55,630 bases of DNA from Thermococci archaeon (GCA_003660555.1 QMUK01000001.1:1-55630), one strand, 5' to 3'; counted from the first letter of the stretch, positions 1 to 9,147 are shown. Notes: a model not told the origin generated them from the letters alone. Program-made: numbers and translations.

Positions 1-1595
1 TATTCAGTACTCTAACGAAAAGCGAGATAAGAAAGAGCTTCTCTAATCTATCTAGTTTGGACTTGAGACTTGCAGAGGCTGGGGAGACCAGACACATATT
101 AGATTGGTATTTTGGAGTTAACTTGACTAGAGCTCTCTCTATATCTGTTAGAAAGGCCGTGGGAAGCAGAGTATTAATAAGTACGGGGAGAGTACAAGGA
201 GCATGCCTTTCACTAATAGCTAAAAGAGAGTTCGAGATAAGGGAATTCAAACCGAGAAAGTTCTGGGAAATTGAAGCGAAACTCGAAAAGGACGGGAGAC
301 TTCTCTCAGCAAGACATAAATCAGGTAGAAGCTTCTCTAAGTCAGAGTTGAAATCCAAATTGGAGGAAATCAAAGATGAAAGATTTGCCGAAGTGAAGTC
401 GATAGAGGAGAAGGAAGTTAAGATACCTCCTCCACCTCCTTTTGATCTAGGAACACTTCAAATGGAATCCTTTTCCAAGTTGAACATCTCTCCGTCGAAG
501 ACCCTTAAAATAGCCCAAGACCTGTATGAGGAAGGATACATAAGCTATCCGAGGACAGATAGTCAAAAACTCCCGCCACTCAACTACAGGAAAATACTGT
601 CCAGTTTGTCATCAGTGTATGACGTAGAAGAGCTACTACACAAGGAAGAACTCATTCCTAGGCAGGGAAAAAAGGAAGACCCGGCACACCCTGCTATATA
701 TCCCACGGGACACCTTCCAACTAGAATGGGGAAGAAGTGGGAGGTATATGACCTGATAGCGAGGAGATTCATAGCTTGTTTCTCAGAACCGATGTTGCTC
801 AGGAAGAGTCGTGTGATAGTTACAATAGGCGGAGAGGAATTCATCCTTAGTGGAACCTCCGTGAAAAGTCCTGGATGGTCCAAACACTACCCAGCAGAGG
901 TCAAAGAGGAAGCCATACCAGCCCTAAGAGAGGGAGAACTATTAGAGGTAAAGGAGATTTCGCTCAGAGAAGGTGAGACTAGGCCCCCTCCTAGGTATAC
1001 TCCATCTACAATAATCAGGGAAATGGAGAGGAGAGGTCTCGGGACTAAGGCCACGAGAGCACATATATTGGACATACTCTACAAGAGAGGATACATCAGG
1101 GGGAGAAGGAGAATATACCTAACGAATCTTGGAGAGTCTGTTTTTAGAGCACTAGAGAAGTATTCTCCAGAAGTTTTGGACGAGAAACTTACCAGAAAAT
1201 TTGAGGATTCATTGGAGAAAATATGGGCGGGAGAAACTAGTAAGGACGAAGTATTACGCGAAGCTAGGGAGAAATTAGAGAGAATACTCCATTCCATAAA
1301 GAGAGCTGAGAGGGAAATAGGGAATGAGATATCCTTAGGAATGGGGACAGAGATAGGAATTTGTAGTAGATGTGGAGGGAGGTTAATCATCTCCGATTTA
1401 GGTAAAAAGAAGAGGATTACATGTACTGGACGTCTTAGTGGTAAATGTGATCTTGACAGAGAGATTGTAATCAATGGGGAGATAAAACTAAGTAAGAAGA
1501 GATGTAAGAGTTGCAAGTGCAGGTTAATCCACACAGGAATTGGAGAGGTATGTCCAAACCCAGAGTGCAACGGTAAAGTATATCTCCTAGATTGA
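1..1595 (+). CDS. topA: DNA topoisomerase, type IA (5' end lies upstream of the window; codon frame starts at base 3)
   Basis: The frame of ORF 57..1595 stays open back to base 3 (FSTLTKSEIRKSFSNLSS...), so the listed TTG start is an artefact. Type IA active-site Tyr motif EGYISYPRTDSQ. GTKATRAHIL helix. C-terminal CxxC...CxxC zinc-ribbon clusters. Confidence 0.85.
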   Translation, partial: FSTLTKSEIRKSFSNLSSLDLRLAEAGETRHILDWYFGVNLTRALSISVRKAVGSRVLISTGRVQGACLSLIAKREFEIREFKPRKFWEIEAKLEKDGRLLSARHKSGRSFSKSELKSKLEEIKDERFAEVKSIEEKEVKIPPPPPFDLGTLQMESFSKLNISPSKTLKIAQDLYEEGYISYPRTDSQKLPPLNYRKILSSLSSVYDVEELLHKEELIPRQGKKEDPAHPAIYPTGHLPTRMGKKWEVYDLIARRFIACFSEPMLLRKSRVIVTIGGEEFILSGTSVKSPGWSKHYPAEVKEEAIPALREGELLEVKEISLREGETRPPPRYTPSTIIREMERRGLGTKATRAHILDILYKRGYIRGRRRIYLTNLGESVFRALEKYSPEVLDEKLTRKFEDSLEKIWAGETSKDEVLREAREKLERILHSIKRAEREIGNEISLGMGTEIGICSRCGGRLIISDLGKKKRITCTGRLSGKCDLDREIVINGEIKLSKKRCKSCKCRLIHTGIGEVCPNPECNGKVYLLD

Positions 1596-1619
1596 CACAA
1601 CTGATGGGGGGTAGAGGAA

Positions 1620-1853
1620 ATGGTGAGTGCGTACGTCTTCATAACCACCCAGGTCGGCAAGGTCAAGAAAGTAATCGAGGAGGTAAAGAAGATAGAGGGA
1701 GTTGAGGAGGCAAAAGCAGTGACTGGTAGTTTCGACATAGTGGCGAAATTGTCCGCTAAGGACCTAGGCACCTTGACCAAAGCCATAATAGAGAAGATCC
1801 ACGAGATAGACGGTGTGTTGGACACTCAGACAGCAATAATAGTTGAACTATAG
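1620..1853 (+). CDS. Stand-alone Lrp/AsnC-type ligand-binding (RAM) domain protein
   Basis: 77 aa. Pattern AYVFI...G..V.EAKAVTGSFDIVAKL...IDGVLDTQTAIIV is typical of AsnC-type effector domains. Purine-rich RBS-like sequence upstream. Confidence 0.7.
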   Translation: MVSAYVFITTQVGKVKKVIEEVKKIEGVEEAKAVTGSFDIVAKLSAKDLGTLTKAIIEKIHEIDGVLDTQTAIIVEL

Positions 1854-1883
1854 TGTGAAAATGAAGTGAGTATTTACGATGGA

Positions 1884-2513
1884 TCATTTCCCCTTGGTGT
1901 CTATGTTTATCCTACCGATGTAATCCACAGGGACCCTCTTAGTCTTATTCCCTTCTTTCTTCTCTACTAATTCTACTGCTGAGACCTCGAACGATACCAT
2001 TGGGCTCACAGACACGTCTTTTGGAATAACACATTTGAAAATAATCTCCTTCTCTGATTTGTCTCCAGACAGTCGGTTTTTGAAGTGGAAATCATGCTCT
2101 CCATCATGGAGCGGCATTACTCTCCTTACTTCCTCACCCCTAATGATCTCGACTACGTACCCCTCGTAGTTCACCTCTGCAGATGAATTCATTCTCAAAT
2201 CTACTTTCAAGTCCACTTCGTATCTGTTGCAATTTCTATAAGGAGCAATTCTGCCAGTTACCTCTATCTCTCTCTCTTTCTTTAAATACTCCTTTATTAG
2301 ATTATTTGGGAGGACTTTGACGCTCAGAGTAATTTCTCCTATTTCAGTTGCGTTTTCAAAAAGCTGAGGATATATCTTCCCCGATTTAGTTATTTCAATT
2401 CCTTCAGATATGGTTATCCTCGAGGCCCCTATCATTCCGGTAGTGAGAACTATTCCGATTAGGAGAATAGCCCCAGTCACTTGAGACACTTTAGACAGAG
2501 TGGACAAGCTCAT
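1884..2513 (-). CDS. Hypothetical membrane-anchored protein (single N-terminal TM helix)
   Basis: N-terminal hydrophobic helix VTGAILLIGIVLTTGMIGA. Host-like codon usage. 23-nt overlap with the upstream gene. No recognisable domain. Confidence 0.5.
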   Translation of the reverse strand: MSLSTLSKVSQVTGAILLIGIVLTTGMIGASRITISEGIEITKSGKIYPQLFENATEIGEITLSVKVLPNNLIKEYLKKEREIEVTGRIAPYRNCNRYEVDLKVDLRMNSSAEVNYEGYVVEIIRGEEVRRVMPLHDGEHDFHFKNRLSGDKSEKEIIFKCVIPKDVSVSPMVSFEVSAVELVEKKEGNKTKRVPVDYIGRINIDTKGK

Positions 2514-3879
2514 TCCCTCCTTTCATCACCGAAGCTCTTGCCAGGAGGTAGGGGAGTAGGACCAATATTAAGGTTAGTGCTAGGAGAAACACATAGGCCC
2601 GTTTCCTATCCTCAACGACTATCTCCGTTGTCGAGGTATTCCCTACAAATCTTCTCCCACAACACTTGAATTCCGGAGGCGGAATCCTAATCACTCCCGG
2701 CATTTTCGGCCTGAAGGAATAAATCACGCTCTTCTTCTCACCTTTACCAACTCTTATTGTGAACACTTCCTCTTCTCCACCTTCGTATGGAACATCTACT
2801 ATTTTCCCTATTAGGGAAGTCCCTCCTGAGTTACTTATTTCGATGCGAACCTCCAAAGTCTCTCCAACCCAGGCTTTCGACTTAGATACAAACTTCTTGA
2901 TCTCTATTTTAGGAGACAAAGAAATGGCAGTGACTGCGAATCTAGTATAGAGTAGCCTACTCTCTTCATCCGAGATATAACCCCTCTCCAACAGAAGTTT
3001 TACTTCCTCTAAAGTCTCGAGGAAATCCTCATGCTTTCCAGTCTCTTCGTATAGCTTCGACATCACTATAGCGGCTAAGGACTTCGTGAGCAAGTCTCCG
3101 ATTTTAGCCTTGGAAGACAACCACTCCACCCCTCTGGAAGCGCTCTTAATGAACCTCTGGTCACCGGTCCTTCTGTAAAGCTCTATCAATGCATTACTTG
3201 CGTAATAAGTCTCAAGGTACCGAATTATTAGTGGTTGTTCTTCATCACCTTTACCCCAATATCCTTCCTCGTTTTGAATGGATATTAACCAATCTCCTGC
3301 ATCAATTAGGGAGTCCATAGCCTGCTCTCTCTCATCTAGCTGTAAGTCGGAATAGTACATCAAGGCCTCCATCATGTAGCATGTCTGAGGCACGTATACC
3401 TTCCAAACTGTGGAGTTAGTCCAAGTTTGCCTTATTAGCCAAGAACCAGCGTTTTTTATATCTTTCATTATGTTTTTCTTGTAGTTCTCATCTTTAACGT
3501 AGTTCAGACTCTCCCTAAGTGTTATTATTACTATCGCAGTGAGATCTTCCTCGGGCCTCCTTTCCGATCCAGAGATATATTCGCCCCAAACCCTGAATAT
3601 TCTATTGCCTTCTCTGTGGGGAATCCTTTGTCCTCTCAACCAACTTATCCCTTCTATAGCAGGAGATAGGAATTCCTTTCTCCCAGTGTAGTTGTAAAGT
3701 CTAAGCAGAGTGTAAACGGTGACCGCTGTTTTACCGACACTCTCCTCTGAGATATATGACTTCTCTCTTGATATCAGCCAGTTCCCTACATCTTCTAATC
3801 CCCCACTAGCTTCTTGCAGATTACACAGTAGAGTTATCGAGAGGAGAAGTAGAACGATGACTTCCTTGAGATCTTTCAC
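2491..3879 (-). CDS. Secreted alpha/alpha-toroid (prenyltransferase/squalene-oxidase-repeat-like) protein with Ig/CARDB-like domain and C-terminal TM anchor
   Basis: Signal peptide VIVLLLLSITLLCNL. Five spaced repeats: GNWLISRE, ISWLRGQR, GSWLIRQT, GDWLISIQNEEGYWG, VEWLSSKA. Beta-rich segment VGETLEVRIEISNSGG. C-terminal helix YVFLLALTLILVLLPYLLA. ATGA overlap with the upstream gene. Confidence 0.6.
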   Translation of the reverse strand: MKDLKEVIVLLLLSITLLCNLQEASGGLEDVGNWLISREKSYISEESVGKTAVTVYTLLRLYNYTGRKEFLSPAIEGISWLRGQRIPHREGNRIFRVWGEYISGSERRPEEDLTAIVIITLRESLNYVKDENYKKNIMKDIKNAGSWLIRQTWTNSTVWKVYVPQTCYMMEALMYYSDLQLDEREQAMDSLIDAGDWLISIQNEEGYWGKGDEEQPLIIRYLETYYASNALIELYRRTGDQRFIKSASRGVEWLSSKAKIGDLLTKSLAAIVMSKLYEETGKHEDFLETLEEVKLLLERGYISDEESRLLYTRFAVTAISLSPKIEIKKFVSKSKAWVGETLEVRIEISNSGGTSLIGKIVDVPYEGGEEEVFTIRVGKGEKKSVIYSFRPKMPGVIRIPPPEFKCCGRRFVGNTSTTEIVVEDRKRAYVFLLALTLILVLLPYLLARASVMKGGNELVHSV

Positions 3880-4988
3880 TTTCCTATCACCCTAATGATG
3901 ACTTCATCACCTATTTCTAATCCCAGACTCTTTCTTATGTGCCTTGGTACTCTGACTACACCTTTACCGGAGTAATCTCTTTCTTGAATTGGATATACCC
4001 TAGCCCTTCCCTTCATGCCACCCCTAGATACTATTTCCACTTGATATCCTGGTTCTCTCGGCACTCCTGGTATCAATCCCCATCTCTTTATGAGTTCTGG
4101 GTCTACTCTGACGACATCTCTTCGTTCATCACTCCAAGAAGCCTCTACTACAGTCAACCTAACCTCAGCGAGCACCCCCTCTTCTCTCCTCTTCTCCTTT
4201 ATTTCGGCCTCCTCCTCTCTCTCGATTTTTCTAGACCTGATGGTCCCTTCTATTATTACCCCTTCTCCTATCTTTATCGATTTACCATATTCTACTCCCT
4301 TTCGTATTACAGAGCTGCTTCCTATTTCTAGCCCCCCATTGACTTTCATTTCTTCTATTTCGCATGATTTACCTACTTTTACATCCCCTTTTACATCTAT
4401 TTCCCCTATGGAACACTTATCTCCAATCTCTAAATCGCCATCAGAGGAGATTCCCTTGGGAATGGAACAGCTCTCTCCAAGTTTGACGTTGGAATTACAA
4501 GAAACTTTCCCAAGGATTTCTGAGGAGTTGCCTACTATTAGCCTACCACCAACTATTAGGTCTCCGGATATTCTAGAGTTAGGTCCTATTTCTGCATCTC
4601 TGTTCACCTTGAGAGTCCCTTTGACTACTAAGCTGTCTTTCGAGGACAAACTTCCGGAAACTTCTAGATCTCTCTCAAAAGTAGACTTCCCACTTAGATC
4701 TAGGCTGCCTTCAACTTTCATACTACAATCAACCTTTAGACTCCCATTAGACTTGACGTTACCAGAAAATGATACCTCCTCACCCATACACACTATTTCT
4801 ACGTCCTTACCGAGTATTGCTCCAGAACTAACCTGAATGAGACCAATTTTAGTTCCATCTGGAACGATGAGATTCCTCTCCCCTTCCCTCCTAGTCCTAA
4901 ATGTCTCTTTTTCTACTCCAATCCTATCCCTGAGGCCTTCCTCACCCATCTCCTCTCTCCTTCCGAAGACCCTCATGACACTCCCCAT
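3876..4988 (-). CDS. Bactofilin-like (polymer-forming beta-helix) protein fused to a CDC48/VAT-N-like or AbrB-like C-terminal barrel
   Basis: About 200 aa of degenerate G-x-[LIV]-x-[LIV] repeats (GSLKVDCSMKVEGSLDLSG..., GDLIVGGRLIVGNSSEILGKV...). Charged linker. C-terminal VVRVDPELIKRWGL...GVVRVPRHIRKSLGLEIGDEVIIRV. Confidence 0.6.
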   Translation of the reverse strand: MGSVMRVFGRREEMGEEGLRDRIGVEKETFRTRREGERNLIVPDGTKIGLIQVSSGAILGKDVEIVCMGEEVSFSGNVKSNGSLKVDCSMKVEGSLDLSGKSTFERDLEVSGSLSSKDSLVVKGTLKVNRDAEIGPNSRISGDLIVGGRLIVGNSSEILGKVSCNSNVKLGESCSIPKGISSDGDLEIGDKCSIGEIDVKGDVKVGKSCEIEEMKVNGGLEIGSSSVIRKGVEYGKSIKIGEGVIIEGTIRSRKIEREEEAEIKEKRREEGVLAEVRLTVVEASWSDERRDVVRVDPELIKRWGLIPGVPREPGYQVEIVSRGGMKGRARVYPIQERDYSGKGVVRVPRHIRKSLGLEIGDEVIIRVIGK

Positions 4989-5007
4989 CCTACTCTTCAG
5001 TCACCGG

Positions 5008-5017
5008 CATATAAATA
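5008..5017 (-). promoter_or_regulatory. TATA-like box, putative leaderless promoter of the 4988..1884 operon (may also serve the + strand gene at 5070)
   Basis: CATATAAATA is centred about 24 nt upstream of the ATG at 4988. The same spacing is seen at several other first genes and at the three tRNAs in this window. Confidence 0.4.
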
Positions 5018-5069
5018 GATGGTACGGGAAAACTTGAAAGACCTGAGGTAGAAAGGAGCTGGGGATAAC

Positions 5070-6476
5070 TTGAAAGTAACCATAATTGGTGCAGGACCAG
5101 CTGGAATATTCACAGCATTCGAATTGGGCAAATCAGGTGACATGGACATATTGCTAATAGAACAAGGTCCAGACATAGATAACAGACATTGCCCTATGAT
5201 GCGACTTGGAAGATGTACATATTGCAAGATATGCCACGTAACTCACGGTTTCGGAGGAGCTGGAGTATTCTCCGACGGCAAGTTAGACATAACCCCATAT
5301 GTCGGAGGCAATCTGGAGGAGTTCGTCTCCCAAGATGAAGCTTGGAAGATAGTTAGATACGTCGATGAAGTATTCGTGAAACATGGAGGAGACACGAAAT
5401 TGATAGTCCCAGATCCAGAAAAAGTTGCTGAGCTAAAGAAAAAGGCAGCTGCTGCAGGAATAGATTTCCTAGAATTTCCAGTGAGACACCTAGGCACAGA
5501 GAACTCAGTGAGGGTCATAACAAACCTCAAGAGGACCCTTAAACGAATGGGAGTCAAGATCATGTTTAACACCAAGGTGAAGGGAATAAAGACAGACGGT
5601 GAGACAGCTAAAGGAGTAGTCTTGGAAAACAACAAGGAAATAGATTCAGACTACGTGGTAGTAGCTCCTGGAAGATCTGGGGCTAAGTGGTTCTCTCAAG
5701 AGATAAAAAGACTGGGAGTAGAGGCAGAACACAATCCAGTTGATTTAGGTCTTAGAGTAGAAGTTCCGAAAGTTGTCTTGGAGCCTGTTACCGAGATAGT
5801 GTGGGATCCGAAGTTTCACATAATGACTAAAACATATGACGACTTCGTGAGGACTTTTTGCGTAAATCACGGAGGATACGTAATAAATGAGGTCTATGAG
5901 GACTTCGTCAGTGTGAACGGTCACACCATGAAAGATAATAAGAGCGAGAATAGTAATTTCGCTCTATTGGTAAGAGTTAAACTCACAGAGCCAGTCCAAG
6001 ATGCCGCAGAATATGGAAGGGCAATAGCTAGGTCTGTGACTAACATAGGAGGTGGAAAGCCCATAATTCAGAGATTAGGAGATTTGTTAAACGGGAGGAG
6101 GAGCACGTGGTCTAGAATAAGGAGGAGTTATGTCAGACCAACACTAAGAGATGTAACTCCAGGAGACATAGCCATGGCAATGCCTTACAGGTTCGTCACG
6201 GATATAGTGGAGAGCATAGAGAGATTGGATTACGTGATCCCAGGGGTAGCAGCCGACTCCACACTATTATATGCAATAGAGATAAAAGAGTACAGCATGA
6301 GAGTGAAAGTAAATCAGGGAATGGAAACAAACATTAAGAACCTATACGCAGTAGGAGATGGAGCTGGGATATCCAGAAATATTGTAATAGCAGCATCTAC
6401 GGGAATATTAGCTGCTAGATCCATATTGGAAAAGGAGGGTTATGTTTGGGAACCGAATCTACCAAAGAGAAATTAG
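5070..6476 (+). CDS. FAD-dependent oxidoreductase (COG2509-like uncharacterised dehydrogenase)
   Basis: N-terminal dinucleotide fold MKVTIIGAGPAGIFTAFEL. C-terminal LYAVGDGAGISRNI. TTG start preceded by GGAGC. Confidence 0.75.
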   Translation: MKVTIIGAGPAGIFTAFELGKSGDMDILLIEQGPDIDNRHCPMMRLGRCTYCKICHVTHGFGGAGVFSDGKLDITPYVGGNLEEFVSQDEAWKIVRYVDEVFVKHGGDTKLIVPDPEKVAELKKKAAAAGIDFLEFPVRHLGTENSVRVITNLKRTLKRMGVKIMFNTKVKGIKTDGETAKGVVLENNKEIDSDYVVVAPGRSGAKWFSQEIKRLGVEAEHNPVDLGLRVEVPKVVLEPVTEIVWDPKFHIMTKTYDDFVRTFCVNHGGYVINEVYEDFVSVNGHTMKDNKSENSNFALLVRVKLTEPVQDAAEYGRAIARSVTNIGGGKPIIQRLGDLLNGRRSTWSRIRRSYVRPTLRDVTPGDIAMAMPYRFVTDIVESIERLDYVIPGVAADSTLLYAIEIKEYSMRVKVNQGMETNIKNLYAVGDGAGISRNIVIAASTGILAARSILEKEGYVWEPNLPKRN

Positions 6477-7162
6477 CTAAGATAATCGCTGGCGAAATAG
6501 CTCTCTCTGAGAGACCAGGAGATGCTATGAAGAAGTGGAGAGAAATGTTTGGAGTGTCACAAAGTCAATTGGCAGAGCACTTGAACGTATCCTCCTCGGT
6601 AATAAGTGACTACGAAAAGGGAAGAAGGAGATCTCCTGGAGCGAACACGATAAAGAAGTTCGTTGAAACTCTCATAAGAATAGACGAGGAACAGGGAGGA
6701 CAAGTAATAAGAGCTTTCAGCAAGATGTTAGCTTCAGAGATCCCAACCGATGTAATACTGGACATGAGGGAGTTTACTAGACCTAGAAATGGTAGGGAGA
6801 TATGTGACGCTGTTGAGGGAGTCGTACTTGCCAACGAGGACCTAGTGGACAAGTCGATATATGGATATACCGTCATAGATAGCATAAAGGCAATACTCAA
6901 GCTCTCGTCTGATGAGTTCATTAGGCTTTATGGATGGACAACCGAGAGAGCTTTGATATTCACTGGAGTCTCACACGGCAGATCTCCAATGGTGGCTATA
7001 AGAGTCAAGGGAATAAAGCCAAGCATGGTGGTACTGCACGGCCCTCAAGAAGTGGACAACGTGGGTGTTACATTGGCGAAGTTGGAGAGAATTCCTCTAG
7101 TTCTGTCTAGGATAAGCTCTGTTCAAGAGATGATAAAGAACCTAAGGAGACTAGGGACCTGA
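6446..7162 (+). CDS. XRE-family HTH transcriptional regulator with conserved archaeal C-terminal domain
   Basis: HTH_3 motif FGVSQSQLAEHLNVSSSVISDYEKGRRRSP. Start uncertain: TTG at 6446 overlapping the upstream gene, or ATG at 6527. Confidence 0.7.
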   Translation: MGTESTKEKLAKIIAGEIALSERPGDAMKKWREMFGVSQSQLAEHLNVSSSVISDYEKGRRRSPGANTIKKFVETLIRIDEEQGGQVIRAFSKMLASEIPTDVILDMREFTRPRNGREICDAVEGVVLANEDLVDKSIYGYTVIDSIKAILKLSSDEFIRLYGWTTERALIFTGVSHGRSPMVAIRVKGIKPSMVVLHGPQEVDNVGVTLAKLERIPLVLSRISSVQEMIKNLRRLGT

Positions 7163-7163
7163 G

Positions 7164-8129
7164 ATGAAGCCCCTACACTTATTGATATTAGTTGTATTGG
7201 TCATATTCCTAGGTGCTCTTGGCTTTTCAGCTATAGAGAGACACAGTTTGTTAGATTCCATATACTGGGTAGTGATAACGCTATCTACAGTGGGATATGG
7301 AGACTACGTCCCTACTACACGAACTGGAAAGATTTTCACGGCTTTGCTAATAGTGATCGGGTGGTTATCTATTTACCTACTGCTACACACACTAGTGGGC
7401 AGGGTGGTCACAGAGAAGGTCGAGGAGGTACTGGGATTGATCGAGAGATATGTGGATCTAAAGGACCATTACATAATATGTGGATACGGTAAAATAGCGG
7501 AAATACTAGTCAGAGAACTAGAGAAGATGGAAAAACCATTTGTTGTAATAGAAAAAGACGAGGAAAAGGTTAGGGAATTAACTGAAAAGGGAATAAAAGT
7601 AATACATGGAGACGCCCTCTCAGAAGAGACTCTTAAGAGAGCAGGAGTAGATAGAGCCAAAGGGTTAGCATCAACGTTCGGAGACGACGCAGAGAATGTG
7701 TTCCTCACCGTCACGGCCAAGGACATGAATCCGAACCTCAGAGTAGTGGTAGTCTCCAACAGAGAGGAGAACATAGATAGGCTATACAGAGTCGGAGCAG
7801 ATAGGGTGATATCTCCGAAGGTGGAAGGGGGAAGAAGTCTAGCACGAGCACTCATCTCTCCTATACTTATGGATTTCATAGACAGATTCTCCCTATTCAA
7901 GGGAATAAGCCTATTCCAAATAAAAGTTAAGGAAAGCTCACCCTTCCTAAGTAAGAGTATAAGGGAATCAGGAATCAAGGAGAAATACAATGGAATTGTA
8001 ATAGCTGTTATGAGGGGTGGAGAGGTAATCCCAAATCCTGATCCAGACTTTGTTATAGAGAAGGGCGACAATTTGCTTGTTTTCGGGAAAGAGGAAGGGA
8101 TAAGGAAACTCGAGGAGGAGATAACTTGA
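7164..8129 (+). CDS. MthK-like two-TM potassium channel with RCK (TrkA-N/TrkA-C) domains
   Basis: K+ selectivity filter TLSTVGYGDY between two hydrophobic helices. Rossmann motif IICGYGKIAEILVREL. C-terminal TrkA-C-like segment. Confidence 0.85.
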   Translation: MKPLHLLILVVLVIFLGALGFSAIERHSLLDSIYWVVITLSTVGYGDYVPTTRTGKIFTALLIVIGWLSIYLLLHTLVGRVVTEKVEEVLGLIERYVDLKDHYIICGYGKIAEILVRELEKMEKPFVVIEKDEEKVRELTEKGIKVIHGDALSEETLKRAGVDRAKGLASTFGDDAENVFLTVTAKDMNPNLRVVVVSNREENIDRLYRVGADRVISPKVEGGRSLARALISPILMDFIDRFSLFKGISLFQIKVKESSPFLSKSIRESGIKEKYNGIVIAVMRGGEVIPNPDPDFVIEKGDNLLVFGKEEGIRKLEEEIT

Positions 8130-8130
8130 A

Positions 8131-8207
8131 TGGTGGGCCCGACGGGATTTGAACCCGCGACCACCAGGTTATGAGCCTGGCGCTCTACCTGGCTGAGCTA
8201 CGGGCCC
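8131..8207 (-). tRNA. tRNA with CAU anticodon (elongator Met or, more likely from its Ile-like body, tRNA-Ile2 that is agmatidinylated by TiaS); CCA encoded
   Basis: The reverse complement GGGCCCGTAGCTCAGCCAGGTAGAGCGCCAGGCTCATAACCTGGTGGTCGCGGGTTCAAATCCCGTCGGGCCCACCA folds as a 77-nt cloverleaf. Anticodon loop is CUCAUAA. Confidence 0.9.
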
Positions 8208-8225
8208 CCTTTGATACATGTGCCC

Positions 8226-8238
8226 TTAATATTTAATA
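8226..8238 (-). promoter_or_regulatory. TATA-like box upstream of tRNA(CAU)
   Basis: The minus-strand sequence TATTAAATATTAA is centred about 25 nt upstream of the tRNA 5' end at 8207. Confidence 0.45.
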
Positions 8239-8281
8239 CTTTTGCTAACCCGAACAGGGGTCAGTGGCTTGTGAGAGCTCC

Positions 8282-8989
8282 TCACTTTATTGTCTCTCTC
8301 CTTCCAGTTACCATGTATATAACAGCTTCTCCGATTTTACAAGCGTGATCAGAAATTCTCTCCAGATATCTAGCTATGAAGAGTATCAAAGGTCCTTTGG
8401 CTAGATATTCCTCCTCCTCAGTCATTCTGTGAGTCACTTCTCTGTATATCTCGTAAAAGAGTTCGTCAACCCTATCATCCAGCTCAGATAGTTTTTCTAC
8501 GTACTTCACGTTTTCCTCTCTAAATGCTCTTAGAGATAGGTCTAACATCTCTTTGGCAATTAGACACATCTCCCTAAGGCTTTTCATCTTTGGGACAGAC
8601 TTCATCTCCTTCGATATATCGTATATGTGCAGTGAAAGTCTAGAAATCCTTTCAAGATCTGTTATTATCTTGAGACAAGAGCCTATGACCCTGAGGTCTC
8701 CCGCAACTGGCTGGTACAGAGCTATACAGTCGAAACACCTTTTTTCAATTACGTTTACTCTCTCAGAAACATCACGATCCAATTTCTCCAATCCTTCTAC
8801 AGTCTTACCATTTAGTGATGATATGGCCATGTCTGTTTCTAGTTTTACCAGCTCTCCCACTCCTAATACCTCTTTCTTTAGGATCTTGAGTCTATTTCTA
8901 AGTCCTACTGTCAAGTCTCCTTCCCCCAGTATGACACATGAGTTCTCGCAGAACCTCCCTATTAAAAACTCTATGCCACCAGTTCCCAC
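8282..8989 (-). CDS. phoU: PhoU-family phosphate-uptake-regulator-like protein
   Basis: Two PhoU repeats: DCIALYQPVAGDLRVIGSCLKIITDLERISRL and DELFYEI...ARYLERISDHACKIGEAVIY. Start uncertain. The listed start at 9148 and the ATG at 9061 give an implausible N-terminus. The GTG at 8989 (MGTGGIEF...) lies downstream of the TATA-like element at about 9066-9078. Confidence 0.65.
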   Translation of the reverse strand: MGTGGIEFLIGRFCENSCVILGEGDLTVGLRNRLKILKKEVLGVGELVKLETDMAISSLNGKTVEGLEKLDRDVSERVNVIEKRCFDCIALYQPVAGDLRVIGSCLKIITDLERISRLSLHIYDISKEMKSVPKMKSLREMCLIAKEMLDLSLRAFREENVKYVEKLSELDDRVDELFYEIYREVTHRMTEEEEYLAKGPLILFIARYLERISDHACKIGEAVIYMVTGRRETIK

Positions 8990-9147
8990 GATATTTTGCC
9001 ATATGGTGAAGAAAAATTGGATTGTAAAACAGAAGTGACTCTGGAGAACAAGTACGCACATAGTTTTATATATATCCACTTCCAGAGCAACCACAAAGCT
9101 AGAAGGAGGCGACGGTAGAGCGTTTCTGTCGGAAATTCGTACAGTCA

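Noticed and set aside
1079-1825. 248-aa minus-strand ORF antisense to the topoisomerase and Lrp-like genes.
   Set aside because: This is the same purine-loading artefact. The product is S/L/P-rich, and it overlaps two well-supported genes.
4090-4836. 248-aa plus-strand ORF fully inside the bactofilin-like gene. The 130-aa ORF at 3939..4331 is similar.
   Set aside because: It is antisense to a purine-rich coding strand, which depletes stop codons in the complementary frames. The product is low-complexity S/L/P/T-rich with no motif.
7469-8164. 231-aa minus-strand ORF antisense to the K+ channel gene that also runs into the tRNA.
   Set aside because: It overlaps a confidently identified channel gene and a tRNA. 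The translation is low-complexity.
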